DNA of 64,000 bases from Chthoniobacterales bacterium (GTDB lineage: Bacteria > Verrucomicrobiota > Verrucomicrobiia > Chthoniobacterales > Chthoniobacteraceae): the NCBI GenBank assembly GCA_038207335.1, contig JBBQZX010000003.1, positions 192,001 through 256,000 of the forward strand. Direction: 5' to 3'. The translations under genes and the position numbers were made by a program. The notes beneath the pieces are model-generated. The model was not told the origin of the DNA. It worked only from the letters and a program-made list of their open reading frames with translations, and made no database searches. Of the stretch, positions 50,099 through 59,169 are shown piece after piece; the first letter of the stretch is position 1; each line of letters opens with the position of its first letter.

Positions 50099-50800
50099 TT
50101 ACCGCAGCGCAAAGGCAGGGCGGTCGATGGGGGTGATGAGCTGGCTGACGGGGCCGATGTGGGTGCATTGACCACGGTCGAGGACGAGGAGATGGTCGCA
50201 GAGGACGGCGATTTCGTCGAGGTGGTGGCTGACGTAGAGGATGGGGATGCCGAAGGCGGTGCGGAGGCGCTGGAGGTATGGGAGGATGCGGTCCTTGAGC
50301 GCGCGGTCGAGGCTGGCGAGGGGTTCGTCGAGGAGCAGGAGTGCGGGCGAGGCGAGGATGGCGCGGGCGATGGCGATGCGCTGCTTTTCACCGCCGCTGA
50401 GGGCGTGGATGGGGTGGTCGAGAAGGGGGTGGAGGTCGAGCGTACCGGTGACGGCGGGGAGTGTGAGAGTGGTGGGAGATGAGGATGAGCGGCGGGCACC
50501 GTAGAGAAGATTGGCGCGGACGCTGAGGTGGGGGAAGAGGGCGGCGTCCTGGGGGACGTATCCGATGGCGCGGCGATGGGCAGGGATGTAGATGCGGCGC
50601 GCGGGGTTGTCGAGGAGCCGCGTGGCGAAGGTGACGGTGCCGGAGGCGGGGCGGCGGAGGCCGGCGATGATCTCAAGGAGGGTAGTCTTGCCAGCGCCGG
50701 AGGGGCCGAAGATGCCGGTGACGGGGCCGGGGAGGGTAGCGCTGAGACCGAGTGTGAAGTCGGGAAGGGGCAGTCGGATGTCGCGGAGCTCGAGGATCAT
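50099..50800 (-). CDS. modC: Molybdate ABC transporter ATP-binding protein (short, no TOBE domain)
   Basis: GPSGAGKTT, LFPHLSVRANL, LSGGEKQR, LLDEP; follows modB. Confidence 0.88.
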   Translation of the reverse strand: MILELRDIRLPLPDFTLGLSATLPGPVTGIFGPSGAGKTTLLEIIAGLRRPASGTVTFATRLLDNPARRIYIPAHRRAIGYVPQDAALFPHLSVRANLLYGARRSSSSPTTLTLPAVTGTLDLHPLLDHPIHALSGGEKQRIAIARAILASPALLLLDEPLASLDRALKDRILPYLQRLRTAFGIPILYVSHHLDEIAVLCDHLLVLDRGQCTHIGPVSQLITPIDRPAFALR

Positions 50801-51468
50801 GGTCGGCGCGATCTTATGAAGAACTCGCTGGCCCAGACGGCAAGGAAGGCGATGCCGAGCGAGATGGCGAGGAGGTGAAGGGCTGCGGCGTCGCGCCCGA
50901 GCTGGATGAGGCTGTAGATGGCGAGGGCGATGGTGGAGGTGTGGCCGGGGATATTGCCGGCTATGAGGATGGTGGCTCCGAATTCGCCGAGCGCGCGGGC
51001 GAAGGCGAGGAGCGCGCCTGCGAGGATGCCGCGGCGGGCGAGCGGGAGCGTGATGGTGGCAAAGACGCGCCAGGGGGATGCTCCGAGAGTGAGGGCGATC
51101 TGCTCGAGGCGCGATGGCACCTCAGCGAAGGCGACGCGGGCGGTGCGGACGAGGAGGGGAAAAGACATGACGGCGGCGGCGAGGACGACGGCGCGAGGGG
51201 TGAAGATGATCTCGATGCCGAGGGTGCCTGTGAGGAATGCCCCGAGCGGGCCGTGGCGGCCGAAGAGGCGCAGCAGGATGAGACCGGTGGCGACGGGGGG
51301 GATGACAAGAGGAAGAGCCACGGCGGTTTCGACGATGGATTTGCCTGGCCAATCGCGCCGGGCAAGCAACCAGGCGAGGGCGATACCGGGCGGGAGGATG
51401 AAGAGGGTGGAGAGGGCGGCGGCGCGGAGCGTCAGGACGATGATGGGCCAGTCGCCGTGGTCAATCAT
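50797..51468 (-). CDS. modB: Molybdate ABC transporter permease
   Basis: LPLVIPPVATG, FARALGEFGAT, AGNIPG; true start MIDHGDW inside a longer shadow ORF. Confidence 0.93.
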   Translation of the reverse strand: MIDHGDWPIIVLTLRAAALSTLFILPPGIALAWLLARRDWPGKSIVETAVALPLVIPPVATGLILLRLFGRHGPLGAFLTGTLGIEIIFTPRAVVLAAAVMSFPLLVRTARVAFAEVPSRLEQIALTLGASPWRVFATITLPLARRGILAGALLAFARALGEFGATILIAGNIPGHTSTIALAIYSLIQLGRDAAALHLLAISLGIAFLAVWASEFFIRSRRP

Positions 51469-52217
51469 GGGCGAACGCTGAAACCGCGGTTTTTGAAGGC
51501 GGCCTTTGCTTCCTTCGTACCGAGGAAGTCGATGAAACGTCGCGCCGAAGCAGCGTGGGGAGCGTCGCTGAGAAGCGCGACGGGGTAGGAGATGCGCGGG
51601 GAATCGGCTGCGGGAATGTCGAAGGCGACTCGGACGCGTGCGGAGATGGCCGCGTCGGTCTTGTAGATGATCGCGGCGTCGGCATTGCCAGCATCGACGA
51701 CGGCGAGAGCGGCGCGGACGTTTTCGCACGGGACGATGCGGGGCGCGAGGGTCTCCCAGAGGCCGGCCTTTTCGAGATACTTGCGGGCGTAGATGCCCGC
51801 GGGGACGGTATCGGGCTGTGCGATGGCGATCTTGCTGATGCCGGCCGCGGTCAGGTCTTTTGGAGCGGTGATCGCGAGCGAACTGGCGTTCTCGACGACG
51901 ATGACGAGGGAATTGGAGAGAATGCTGGCGCGTGTGCCGGGGACGAGAAGGCCGCTTTTCTCGAGCTGGTCCATCTTTTCCTCGTCGGCGGAGAAGAAGA
52001 GATCGAGCGGAGCGCCGGCCTGGATCTGACGTGCAAGCGTGCTGGATGCCGCGAAGTCGAAGAGAGGCTTGTCTCCCGTGGACTGTTCGAAGGCCGTTCC
52101 GATTTCCTGAAGGACTTCGGTAAGGCTCGCGGCAGCGGCGATGCGGACTTCGTCGCCGACGACATTGCCGACGAAAAGCGCAAGCAGCAATAGGATGCGG
52201 AGCAGGGAGAGCTTCAT
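51465..52217 (-). CDS. modA: Molybdate ABC transporter substrate-binding protein
   Basis: Signal peptide; AAASL, FAASSTLARQI, VPAGIYA, NVRAAL, YKTDA. Confidence 0.94.
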   Translation of the reverse strand: MKLSLLRILLLLALFVGNVVGDEVRIAAAASLTEVLQEIGTAFEQSTGDKPLFDFAASSTLARQIQAGAPLDLFFSADEEKMDQLEKSGLLVPGTRASILSNSLVIVVENASSLAITAPKDLTAAGISKIAIAQPDTVPAGIYARKYLEKAGLWETLAPRIVPCENVRAALAVVDAGNADAAIIYKTDAAISARVRVAFDIPAADSPRISYPVALLSDAPHAASARRFIDFLGTKEAKAAFKNRGFSVRP

Positions 52218-52263
52218 CGTTGCGACAAAGCGCGACGATGCGAAGCGTGACATGGCTTTGCAA
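52215..52263 (-). promoter_or_regulatory. Candidate modABC promoter and palindromic operator
   Basis: catcgttgcg-N6-cgcgacgatg over the start codon; TTGCAA-17 nt-CATCGT on the minus strand. Confidence 0.35.
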
Positions 52264-52422
52264 GCAGGCAGGGGATGCAGCGGTTCCGATTTCATCCGAC
52301 CTGCCAATTCGTCGGCTCTGGCATTCGGATTCGCCCTTGGCGATTGACGCGATGCGGGGCGTTCTTTCTAAGGTACGCTTCTCCCCGCGGACTTTTGCAC
52401 GCCACGACTCGCGACATTTCCC

Positions 52423-55005
52423 ATGAAAAAAATCTCCCTCCTGCTCCCGATTACCTCCGCTCTCGCACTCGCGCTCCCGTTGCTTGCGGCGGATGATTTT
52501 CCACCGATGCCGCCGGCTGTGGCGGTGTCGCCGGAGGAGGAACTGAAGACGATGCAACTGCCGCCGGGCTACCATCTCGAGCTGGTGCTGAGCGAGCCGG
52601 ACATCAAAGAGCCGGTGGTGTGCGCGTTCGATGGGGATGGGCGGATGTTTGTGGCCGAGATGCGGAGCTACATGCAGGACATCGACGGGCACGATGAACT
52701 GACGCCGGTGAGCCGCGTGTCGCTGCACTGGTCGTCGAAGGGCGACGGCGTGCTCGATAAACACACGGTTTTCGCGGACAAGCTCCTGCTCCCGCGGATG
52801 ATCCTGCCGCTCGACAAAGGCCGCGTGGTGATCGGCGAAACCAACACGCTCGATCTTTACCTTTACACCGACACGGACGGCGATGGGGTGTCGGATAAAA
52901 AGGAACTCTGGTGGGAGGGCGGCGCGCGCGGCGGAAATCTGGAGCATCAGCCGAGCGGGCTGCTGTGGGCGATCGATAATGGGATTTACACGACTTACAA
53001 TTCGTTCCGACTGCGGTGGACGCCGACGGGCGTGCTGCGCGAGCCGTCGGGCAATAACGGCGGGCAGTGGGGGCTCGGGCAGGACAATCACGGGAAGCTG
53101 TTCTTCATGAATGCAGGCGGGGAGCGCGGGCCGCTGAGCTTTCAGGTGCCGGTGGTGTATGGCGCGTTCCGGGCGAAGGGAGAATTTGCGCCGGGTTTCG
53201 ATGAAGTGTGGCCGCTGGTCGGGCGCGCGGATGTGCAGGGCGGCACGAGCCGGTTTCGTCCGGCGGACAAGACGCTGAACCATTTCACGGCGACCTCGGG
53301 CGCGGAGATTTACCGCGGCGACCGACTGCCGGAGGAAGTGCGCGGGAACTTGTTTTTCGGCGAGCCGGTGGGGCGTCTCGTGCGGCGCGCGAAGGTGGAT
53401 GTGGTGGACGGCACCACCGTGCTGAGCAATCCGTATCAGGCGGAAAAGTCGGAGTTCATCCGCTCGACGGACGCGTGCTTCCGCCCGCTGAACATGACGA
53501 CCGCGCCGGACGGCACGCTCTACATCGTCGATATGTATCGCGGGATCATCCAGGAGGGAAATTGGGTCGCGGCGGGGAGCTACCTGCGGAAAGTCGTGCA
53601 GCAATACAGCTTCGACAAAGTCACCGGCCACGGGCGCATCTGGCGGCTCGTGCATGACACGACGAAGCGCGGCCCGCAGCCGCAGATGCTCGAGGAAAAG
53701 CCCGCGCAACTCGTGGCGCACCTCGCGCACCCGAACGGCTGGTGGCGCGATGCGGCGCAGAAACTCCTCATTTTGAAACAGGACAAATCGGTCGTTCCGG
53801 CGCTCGTCGAGATGGCCGGCAAAAATGCGAACTACCTCGCGCGGCTGCACGCGCTCTGGACGCTGGAGGGGCTCGATGCGCTCACGCCCGCGATCGTGCG
53901 GACGGCGCTGAAAGACGCGCATCCGCAAGTGCGCATCGGCGGGGTTCGCGTGAGCGAGTCGTTGTTTAAAAAGGGCGGCGAGGAGCTGATGCCGGATGTC
54001 CTCGCGATGGCGAAAGACAAGGAGCCCGAGGTGGCGATGCAGACCTTTCTCACGGCGAATCTGCTGAAGTGGAAAGACGCGCCGAGCCTCATAGAATCAA
54101 CGATCGCGAGCACTCCGGCGGCGGGCGTGAAGGAAATCGGGGAGATGATTTTGCACCCGCAGGTGCAGCAGACGGCGCAGGTGAAATTCACGCCGGCGGA
54201 GAAAAAAACGCTGGCGGCGGGCGCGGAGATTTACAACACGCTCTGCACGGCCTGCCACGGGCCGGATGGCAAGGGGTTGCCGATGGTCGGCGGCGCGCCG
54301 GGCGTGCGGCTCGCGCCCGCGCTGGCTGGCGCGAAGGACGTGGTCGGGCCGCGCGAGGGGCCGATTTTCGTGCTGTTACACGGGCTCAGCGGCGACATCG
54401 ACGGAAAGAGATACGAGGGCCAGATGATCCCGATGGCGACGAACAACGACGTGTGGATCGCCTCGGTGCTGAGCTTCGTGCGCAACAGCTTTGGCAACAG
54501 CGCGAGCTTCATCACGCCGGAGGAAGTCGCGCACTTTCGCACCGCGACAAGAGGCCGCACGCAGCCGTGGACCTACGCCGAACTCCGCGCCGCGCTGCCT
54601 CGTGAACTCGACCGCAAAGGCTGGAAGGTCACCGCCAGCGATCGCCCCGGCGAGACCGGCCTCGCGATCGATGGAAAAGCCGACACGCGCTACACCACCG
54701 GCGCCTACCAGAAGCCCGGGATGTGGCTGCAGATCGAGCTGCCCGCGGCGACGGAAATCAGCGGCATCCTGCTCGACTCCGCAAAGTCCGCGAACGACTA
54801 CCCGCGCGGCTACACAGTGCAACTTTCCACCGACGGCAAGGCGTGGAGCCCGCCCGTCGCGATCGGAAAAGGCAGCGGCCCCGTGACGCAAATCGAGTTC
54901 GCCCCTGCGACGGCGAAGTTCATCCGCATCAACCAAACCGGCTCGGTGAACGGCCTCTTCTGGTCGATCCACGAGCTCCAAATCTACGCCTCCTCGAAGC
55001 GCTAA
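52423..55005 (+). CDS. PVC-type membrane-bound dehydrogenase-like protein: propeller, HEAT repeats, cytochrome c, F5/8 discoidin domain
   Basis: LPPGYHLELV..EP, FRPLN..APDG.LYIVDMY, GRIWR, CTACHG, C-terminal WSIHEL. Confidence 0.88.
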   Translation: MKKISLLLPITSALALALPLLAADDFPPMPPAVAVSPEEELKTMQLPPGYHLELVLSEPDIKEPVVCAFDGDGRMFVAEMRSYMQDIDGHDELTPVSRVSLHWSSKGDGVLDKHTVFADKLLLPRMILPLDKGRVVIGETNTLDLYLYTDTDGDGVSDKKELWWEGGARGGNLEHQPSGLLWAIDNGIYTTYNSFRLRWTPTGVLREPSGNNGGQWGLGQDNHGKLFFMNAGGERGPLSFQVPVVYGAFRAKGEFAPGFDEVWPLVGRADVQGGTSRFRPADKTLNHFTATSGAEIYRGDRLPEEVRGNLFFGEPVGRLVRRAKVDVVDGTTVLSNPYQAEKSEFIRSTDACFRPLNMTTAPDGTLYIVDMYRGIIQEGNWVAAGSYLRKVVQQYSFDKVTGHGRIWRLVHDTTKRGPQPQMLEEKPAQLVAHLAHPNGWWRDAAQKLLILKQDKSVVPALVEMAGKNANYLARLHALWTLEGLDALTPAIVRTALKDAHPQVRIGGVRVSESLFKKGGEELMPDVLAMAKDKEPEVAMQTFLTANLLKWKDAPSLIESTIASTPAAGVKEIGEMILHPQVQQTAQVKFTPAEKKTLAAGAEIYNTLCTACHGPDGKGLPMVGGAPGVRLAPALAGAKDVVGPREGPIFVLLHGLSGDIDGKRYEGQMIPMATNNDVWIASVLSFVRNSFGNSASFITPEEVAHFRTATRGRTQPWTYAELRAALPRELDRKGWKVTASDRPGETGLAIDGKADTRYTTGAYQKPGMWLQIELPAATEISGILLDSAKSANDYPRGYTVQLSTDGKAWSPPVAIGKGSGPVTQIEFAPATAKFIRINQTGSVNGLFWSIHELQIYASSKR

Positions 55006-55644
55006 ATGCTCACCCTCCTCGCCTCCCGCGCGGTCGTCTTCGGCCTCGCGTTCCTCTCCTTCGCCTGCCTGCTCGGGCAGTTCTTTGGCCTCTGGACGAT
55101 GCACCTCTTCGGCTGCTGGGTGCTGCCTCCCGCCACCGTCGCGCTCGCCACCATCGCCTACCTTTCACGCCACGAACCGCGCGGCATCGCCAGCCCCCAC
55201 ACCTGGATCGTGCAAGGCGCGCTCGGCGGCATCGTCGCCGCCGTGGCCTACGATTTATTTCGCCTGCCATTCGTGCTCGCGGGCATCCCACTGTTCAAAG
55301 TCTTCCCGAAATTCGGCCAGATGCTCCTCGGTGAAAGTGGCCCCGCCTGGCTCGTCCAAACCCTCGGCTGGGGCTACCATTTCTCCAACGGCGCCGCCCT
55401 CGGCATCATGTTCCTCGCCATGATCCCGCGCGCCCATCCCCGCCTCCTCCTATGGGGCGCCGTCGCCTGGGCGCTGGTCGTCGAATTCACCCTCCTCCTC
55501 ACCCCCTACGCGAAATTCTTCGGCCTCCCGCTCGACGCGCGCTTCATCTTCCTCACCCTCACCGCCCACCTCATCTTCGGCATCGTCCTCGGTGCCTGGT
55601 GCCGCCGGAAAGTGACAGTCTTACGTGCGAGCGCGGTGAGATAA
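55006..55644 (+). CDS. Multi-pass membrane protein of unknown function
   Basis: About 6 hydrophobic segments; starts immediately after the upstream stop (TAAATG). Confidence 0.78.
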   Translation: MLTLLASRAVVFGLAFLSFACLLGQFFGLWTMHLFGCWVLPPATVALATIAYLSRHEPRGIASPHTWIVQGALGGIVAAVAYDLFRLPFVLAGIPLFKVFPKFGQMLLGESGPAWLVQTLGWGYHFSNGAALGIMFLAMIPRAHPRLLLWGAVAWALVVEFTLLLTPYAKFFGLPLDARFIFLTLTAHLIFGIVLGAWCRRKVTVLRASAVR

Positions 55645-55792
55645 CTCGAAGCTCCTTGGTGAGCCTGCTGACGGCCAAATGCTCAACACTGGCTGCGGCG
55701 TTAAGACTTCGTTTCGGCGAGATGCCGAACCCCATCTGCGAGACGGCTGCGCTACGAGCTCAATTCCTGCGAGTGATCGAAAATGCGAAACG

Positions 55793-58700
55793 CTATTTGC
55801 CTGCGCTTGCGGGTGAGAGCAGGAACGCAACGAGGTCGTTGAAATCTTTTCCCGGGACGGTGGTCTCGAATGTGGGCGGCATGAGCGAAAGCTTGAGCTG
55901 CGTTTTGGATTTCACTTTTTCCAGTGGCACGCTGACGGCTTTTCCGGCTGCGTCGTTGAGCGTGAGAAGCTTCCCCTCCTCGTGCAGCCCGACTCCCGCG
56001 AGCGTCTGACCGTCGGTGGTTTCGACGAGGGTTTGCGCGAATGCGGGGTCGATGTTGCGGTTCGGGTCGAGGATGTCCTCGATCAGCCGCTGCACGCCGC
56101 GTGCAGCGACGCCGTCGAGATTCGGGCCGATGTTGCCGCCCGTGTTTTTGAAGCGATGGCAGACGACGCAGTTCTGTGCGAAAACCTGCGCCCCGTGATT
56201 CGCGTCGGGCTGCGCGGTGCGAAATTCCTCCGTGCGTTTTGCGATTACGCCGTCGAGGCGGGCGTCCTCGGGTGGCAGGTCTTTGGTCAAAGTCGCGGCT
56301 CGGTCGCGGAGCGTCTGCGCGCGTTTGTCGAGCGAGGCGGTGACGGTTTTATTCCTCAGCAACGAGCGCGAGGCGTGTCCAGCCTCGACTGCATCGAGGA
56401 GCGCGGCGCAGCTCGTGTCGTTTTTCGCGAGGCTCGCGGCGATGATGTTCGCGAGTTCGGCGGGCGCGGCGGGCAGGGCGGCGAGCAGAGTTGGGGAGAC
56501 GTTGCGATTGCCGACGGATTGGCCGAGGAGTTCGGCAGCGCGCTTGCGGACAGTCATGCTCGTGTCGTTCAGCGCACCCGCAAGCGCGGCGGGCCCGAGG
56601 TCGAGATTTGCGACGGCATCGAGAGCGGCGATGCGGATGGCGCTGTTGCGTTTGCGATCCTGAATGATCTGCACGAGCGGATCGAGTTTCGCATCGAGCT
56701 TCGCCTCGCGCACGGCTTCAAGCGCGCGCTTGAGCACGTTTTCATCGGGGCTCGCGAGCGCGTCGATCATCGTGCGCTGCATCCAGACGGTCAGCTCATC
56801 CGGCAGTTTCAGTCCGCGCTGGCGGCTTGCTTTTTCGAGCCCATCGACGATCGCGAGCCGCTGGTCGAGAGGAGCGTCCTTCACTTTTTCCACGGCCTCG
56901 AGCAGTGCGGGAAACTGCTCTGGCGCTAGATTCAGCGCGACGTGCTTCAATATCTCACCGGTGCGCGGCCCCTGAAATTTCGTGTTACTGAGAAACGCGA
57001 GGAGGAAGCTGGCGGCATCCGACGTGGGCGCGGCGAGCGCGACTTCGGCGAGCTTTTGCGCTGAATCGGAATCGGCAGCGGCGAGTTTCGTCGCTTCGGC
57101 GGCACCACCGGGCGCGAGAAATTGATCCCGCAGCGCCATGCGGACGGTGTGGATGAGCTGGTTGTATTCAGGCGCGGAAGTTTTCCAAGTCTTGAGCAGC
57201 GGTTCGATTTGATCGGGGGATGGATGTCGTCCGATCGCGTCGGCGGCAGCGCGACGCACGAAATAGAAGCTGTCGCCAAGAGCAGTGCGGGCCGTGGCAG
57301 CCTCGGCGTCGGACCATTTTGCACGCTCGCCGAGAATCTTCATGGCAAAGCGTCGCACTACGGAATCGCGGTCGTGCAGCGTTGATTCAAAGACGTCGCC
57401 ACTTCCCGCGCCGAGACGCTCGAGCGCCCAGATCGCGTGGACGCGCCTGCGCGCTGCGGCGTCGGAGGAAAGTGGCGGCTGCGCAGGCGCGAGGGCACCG
57501 GGCTCCGTAGTCGCGGTGTCGGGAGCGCCGATCACTTCCAACATCGGCGCGATGGCATCGTGGCCGATGCGATCGACGAGTTCATTCGTCGCAAGTGTGC
57601 GGACGATGAAGTTCGCGTCGGCGAGTTTTTCGACGAGCGCGTTCACGTCGAGTTTCGAGAGGTCTGGAAGCGCCGCAGGCTCACTTTTTTTCTCCCCGAC
57701 ATAGACGACGCGCCAGATGCGACCATGCGTGTGATCGCGTCGCGGATCAGCGAGCGGGAATTCGTAGTGGCCGATGATCGGGTTGTAAAAATCGGCGATG
57801 TAGAGCGCACCGTCGGGGCCGAGCTTTACCTGGATGGGGCGAAACCACGGGTCGTCGCACGTCACGAAATCCGGCTGCCGAATAGCCTTCGGAGTCGAGC
57901 CGTGCCACTCGAGTTTGTCGCGGTTCACTTTTTGCGTGACGGGATTTCCGTTGAAAAGGTTGCCACGAAATTCCTCGGGATACGCGTCGTCGGCGTAGTA
58001 GGCGATGCCGGCGATGGCGCTGGAGCCGTGGTCGTCATCGGTGATGCGCGGGGCAAAGCCGAGGCCATCGTGCTGCTTGCCGATGCCCTCGTAGAATGCG
58101 CCGCGAAGCAGCATGTACACAGGCTTCGAGTGCGAATCGGCGGTGTAGAAATTGCCGAGCGGATCGACCGTGAGGCCGAAGGGATTCGTCTGCCCATGCG
58201 TGTAAATTTCAAACTGCGAACCGTCCGGTCGGAAGCGGTAGGTGTTGCCGCTATCGAGTACGGTCACACGTCCGGCGCGGTCGGTGATCTCGCTGTGATT
58301 TCGAAAGCCGTGAGTGCCGTAAATCCAGCCGTCGATCCAATAGAGGAAGCTGGAGGTGCCGCCGTGCGTGTCCACGTATCCGGCGGTGCCGTAGAGCAGT
58401 TCGCGCTTTTCGGCCACGCCATCGCCGTCCCAGTCGGTGAGCAGGTAGATATTTGGGATCGAATAAACGATCGCGCTGTCGCCTTTCGGTTGTTCCTGGA
58501 TGTGCTGATCGCCGGCCGGCGCGGGCTTTGGCTCCGCGGGATTCGGATCTGGCGTGTAGGCGCCGGCAAAGACTTTTGCGACGGCCACGGAGCCGCGCGG
58601 GAGAGGCTGGATGCCTGTCGGGATGTTCAGACCTTCGGCGAAAATGCTGATGCTTTTTGCGAGGCCATCCGCTCCGAAGTCGCTGAGGATGCGGACGGAA

Positions 58701-59053
58701 TCGCGCGCGACATTCGACGGCACGGGCGCACCTTTCACCCCGAATACATTCGCGATGTTGTCGTAGGCTTTTTCAAAACCGGGGATGAGCTTGCCCTGCG
58801 CGTCCATGCCCGCGGGCCACGGATACTCTACGGAGCCGCTTACCCACAGGCGTCCGGCGGAGTCAAAAGTGATATTGGTCGGCTTCTGGATGCGGGGCTC
58901 GGCGGCGACGAGTTGCACCTCGAAGCCGGGCGGGACGTGGAATTTTGCGAGTTGCTCCTGTGGCGTGGAGGGCTTGCTATCGGGGTTGTCGCCGCGCGGG
59001 TCGGCGGCGATGGCGGAGGCGGCGAGGAGGAGAAATGCTGCGGGGATTTTCAT
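55793..59053 (-). CDS. PVC-type heme-binding CxxCH dehydrogenase-like protein: propeller, HEAT repeats, C-terminal cytochrome c
   Basis: VPPGFEVQLVAAEP, DPWFRP..GPDGALYIADFY, CVVCH, GPNLDG, ILDPNR, SLMP. Confidence 0.9.
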   Translation of the reverse strand: MKIPAAFLLLAASAIAADPRGDNPDSKPSTPQEQLAKFHVPPGFEVQLVAAEPRIQKPTNITFDSAGRLWVSGSVEYPWPAGMDAQGKLIPGFEKAYDNIANVFGVKGAPVPSNVARDSVRILSDFGADGLAKSISIFAEGLNIPTGIQPLPRGSVAVAKVFAGAYTPDPNPAEPKPAPAGDQHIQEQPKGDSAIVYSIPNIYLLTDWDGDGVAEKRELLYGTAGYVDTHGGTSSFLYWIDGWIYGTHGFRNHSEITDRAGRVTVLDSGNTYRFRPDGSQFEIYTHGQTNPFGLTVDPLGNFYTADSHSKPVYMLLRGAFYEGIGKQHDGLGFAPRITDDDHGSSAIAGIAYYADDAYPEEFRGNLFNGNPVTQKVNRDKLEWHGSTPKAIRQPDFVTCDDPWFRPIQVKLGPDGALYIADFYNPIIGHYEFPLADPRRDHTHGRIWRVVYVGEKKSEPAALPDLSKLDVNALVEKLADANFIVRTLATNELVDRIGHDAIAPMLEVIGAPDTATTEPGALAPAQPPLSSDAAARRRVHAIWALERLGAGSGDVFESTLHDRDSVVRRFAMKILGERAKWSDAEAATARTALGDSFYFVRRAAADAIGRHPSPDQIEPLLKTWKTSAPEYNQLIHTVRMALRDQFLAPGGAAEATKLAAADSDSAQKLAEVALAAPTSDAASFLLAFLSNTKFQGPRTGEILKHVALNLAPEQFPALLEAVEKVKDAPLDQRLAIVDGLEKASRQRGLKLPDELTVWMQRTMIDALASPDENVLKRALEAVREAKLDAKLDPLVQIIQDRKRNSAIRIAALDAVANLDLGPAALAGALNDTSMTVRKRAAELLGQSVGNRNVSPTLLAALPAAPAELANIIAASLAKNDTSCAALLDAVEAGHASRSLLRNKTVTASLDKRAQTLRDRAATLTKDLPPEDARLDGVIAKRTEEFRTAQPDANHGAQVFAQNCVVCHRFKNTGGNIGPNLDGVAARGVQRLIEDILDPNRNIDPAFAQTLVETTDGQTLAGVGLHEEGKLLTLNDAAGKAVSVPLEKVKSKTQLKLSLMPPTFETTVPGKDFNDLVAFLLSPASAGK

Positions 59054-59169
59054 GCGGGGTGCGGTGAGTAAGTCACAGAGCGAGTGTGGGAGCAATACGT
59101 CCGGGATGCGTGAACTGCTCTGAGCTTGCACGATTGCCGCGCCGCCACTCGCGCGGCAATTTGCACAGC

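Noticed and set aside
50797..53928. 1043-aa minus-strand ORF that looks like a giant ModB fusion
   Set aside because: Only the last 223 aa are ModB. The rest overlaps modA in another frame and is antisense to the dehydrogenase gene.
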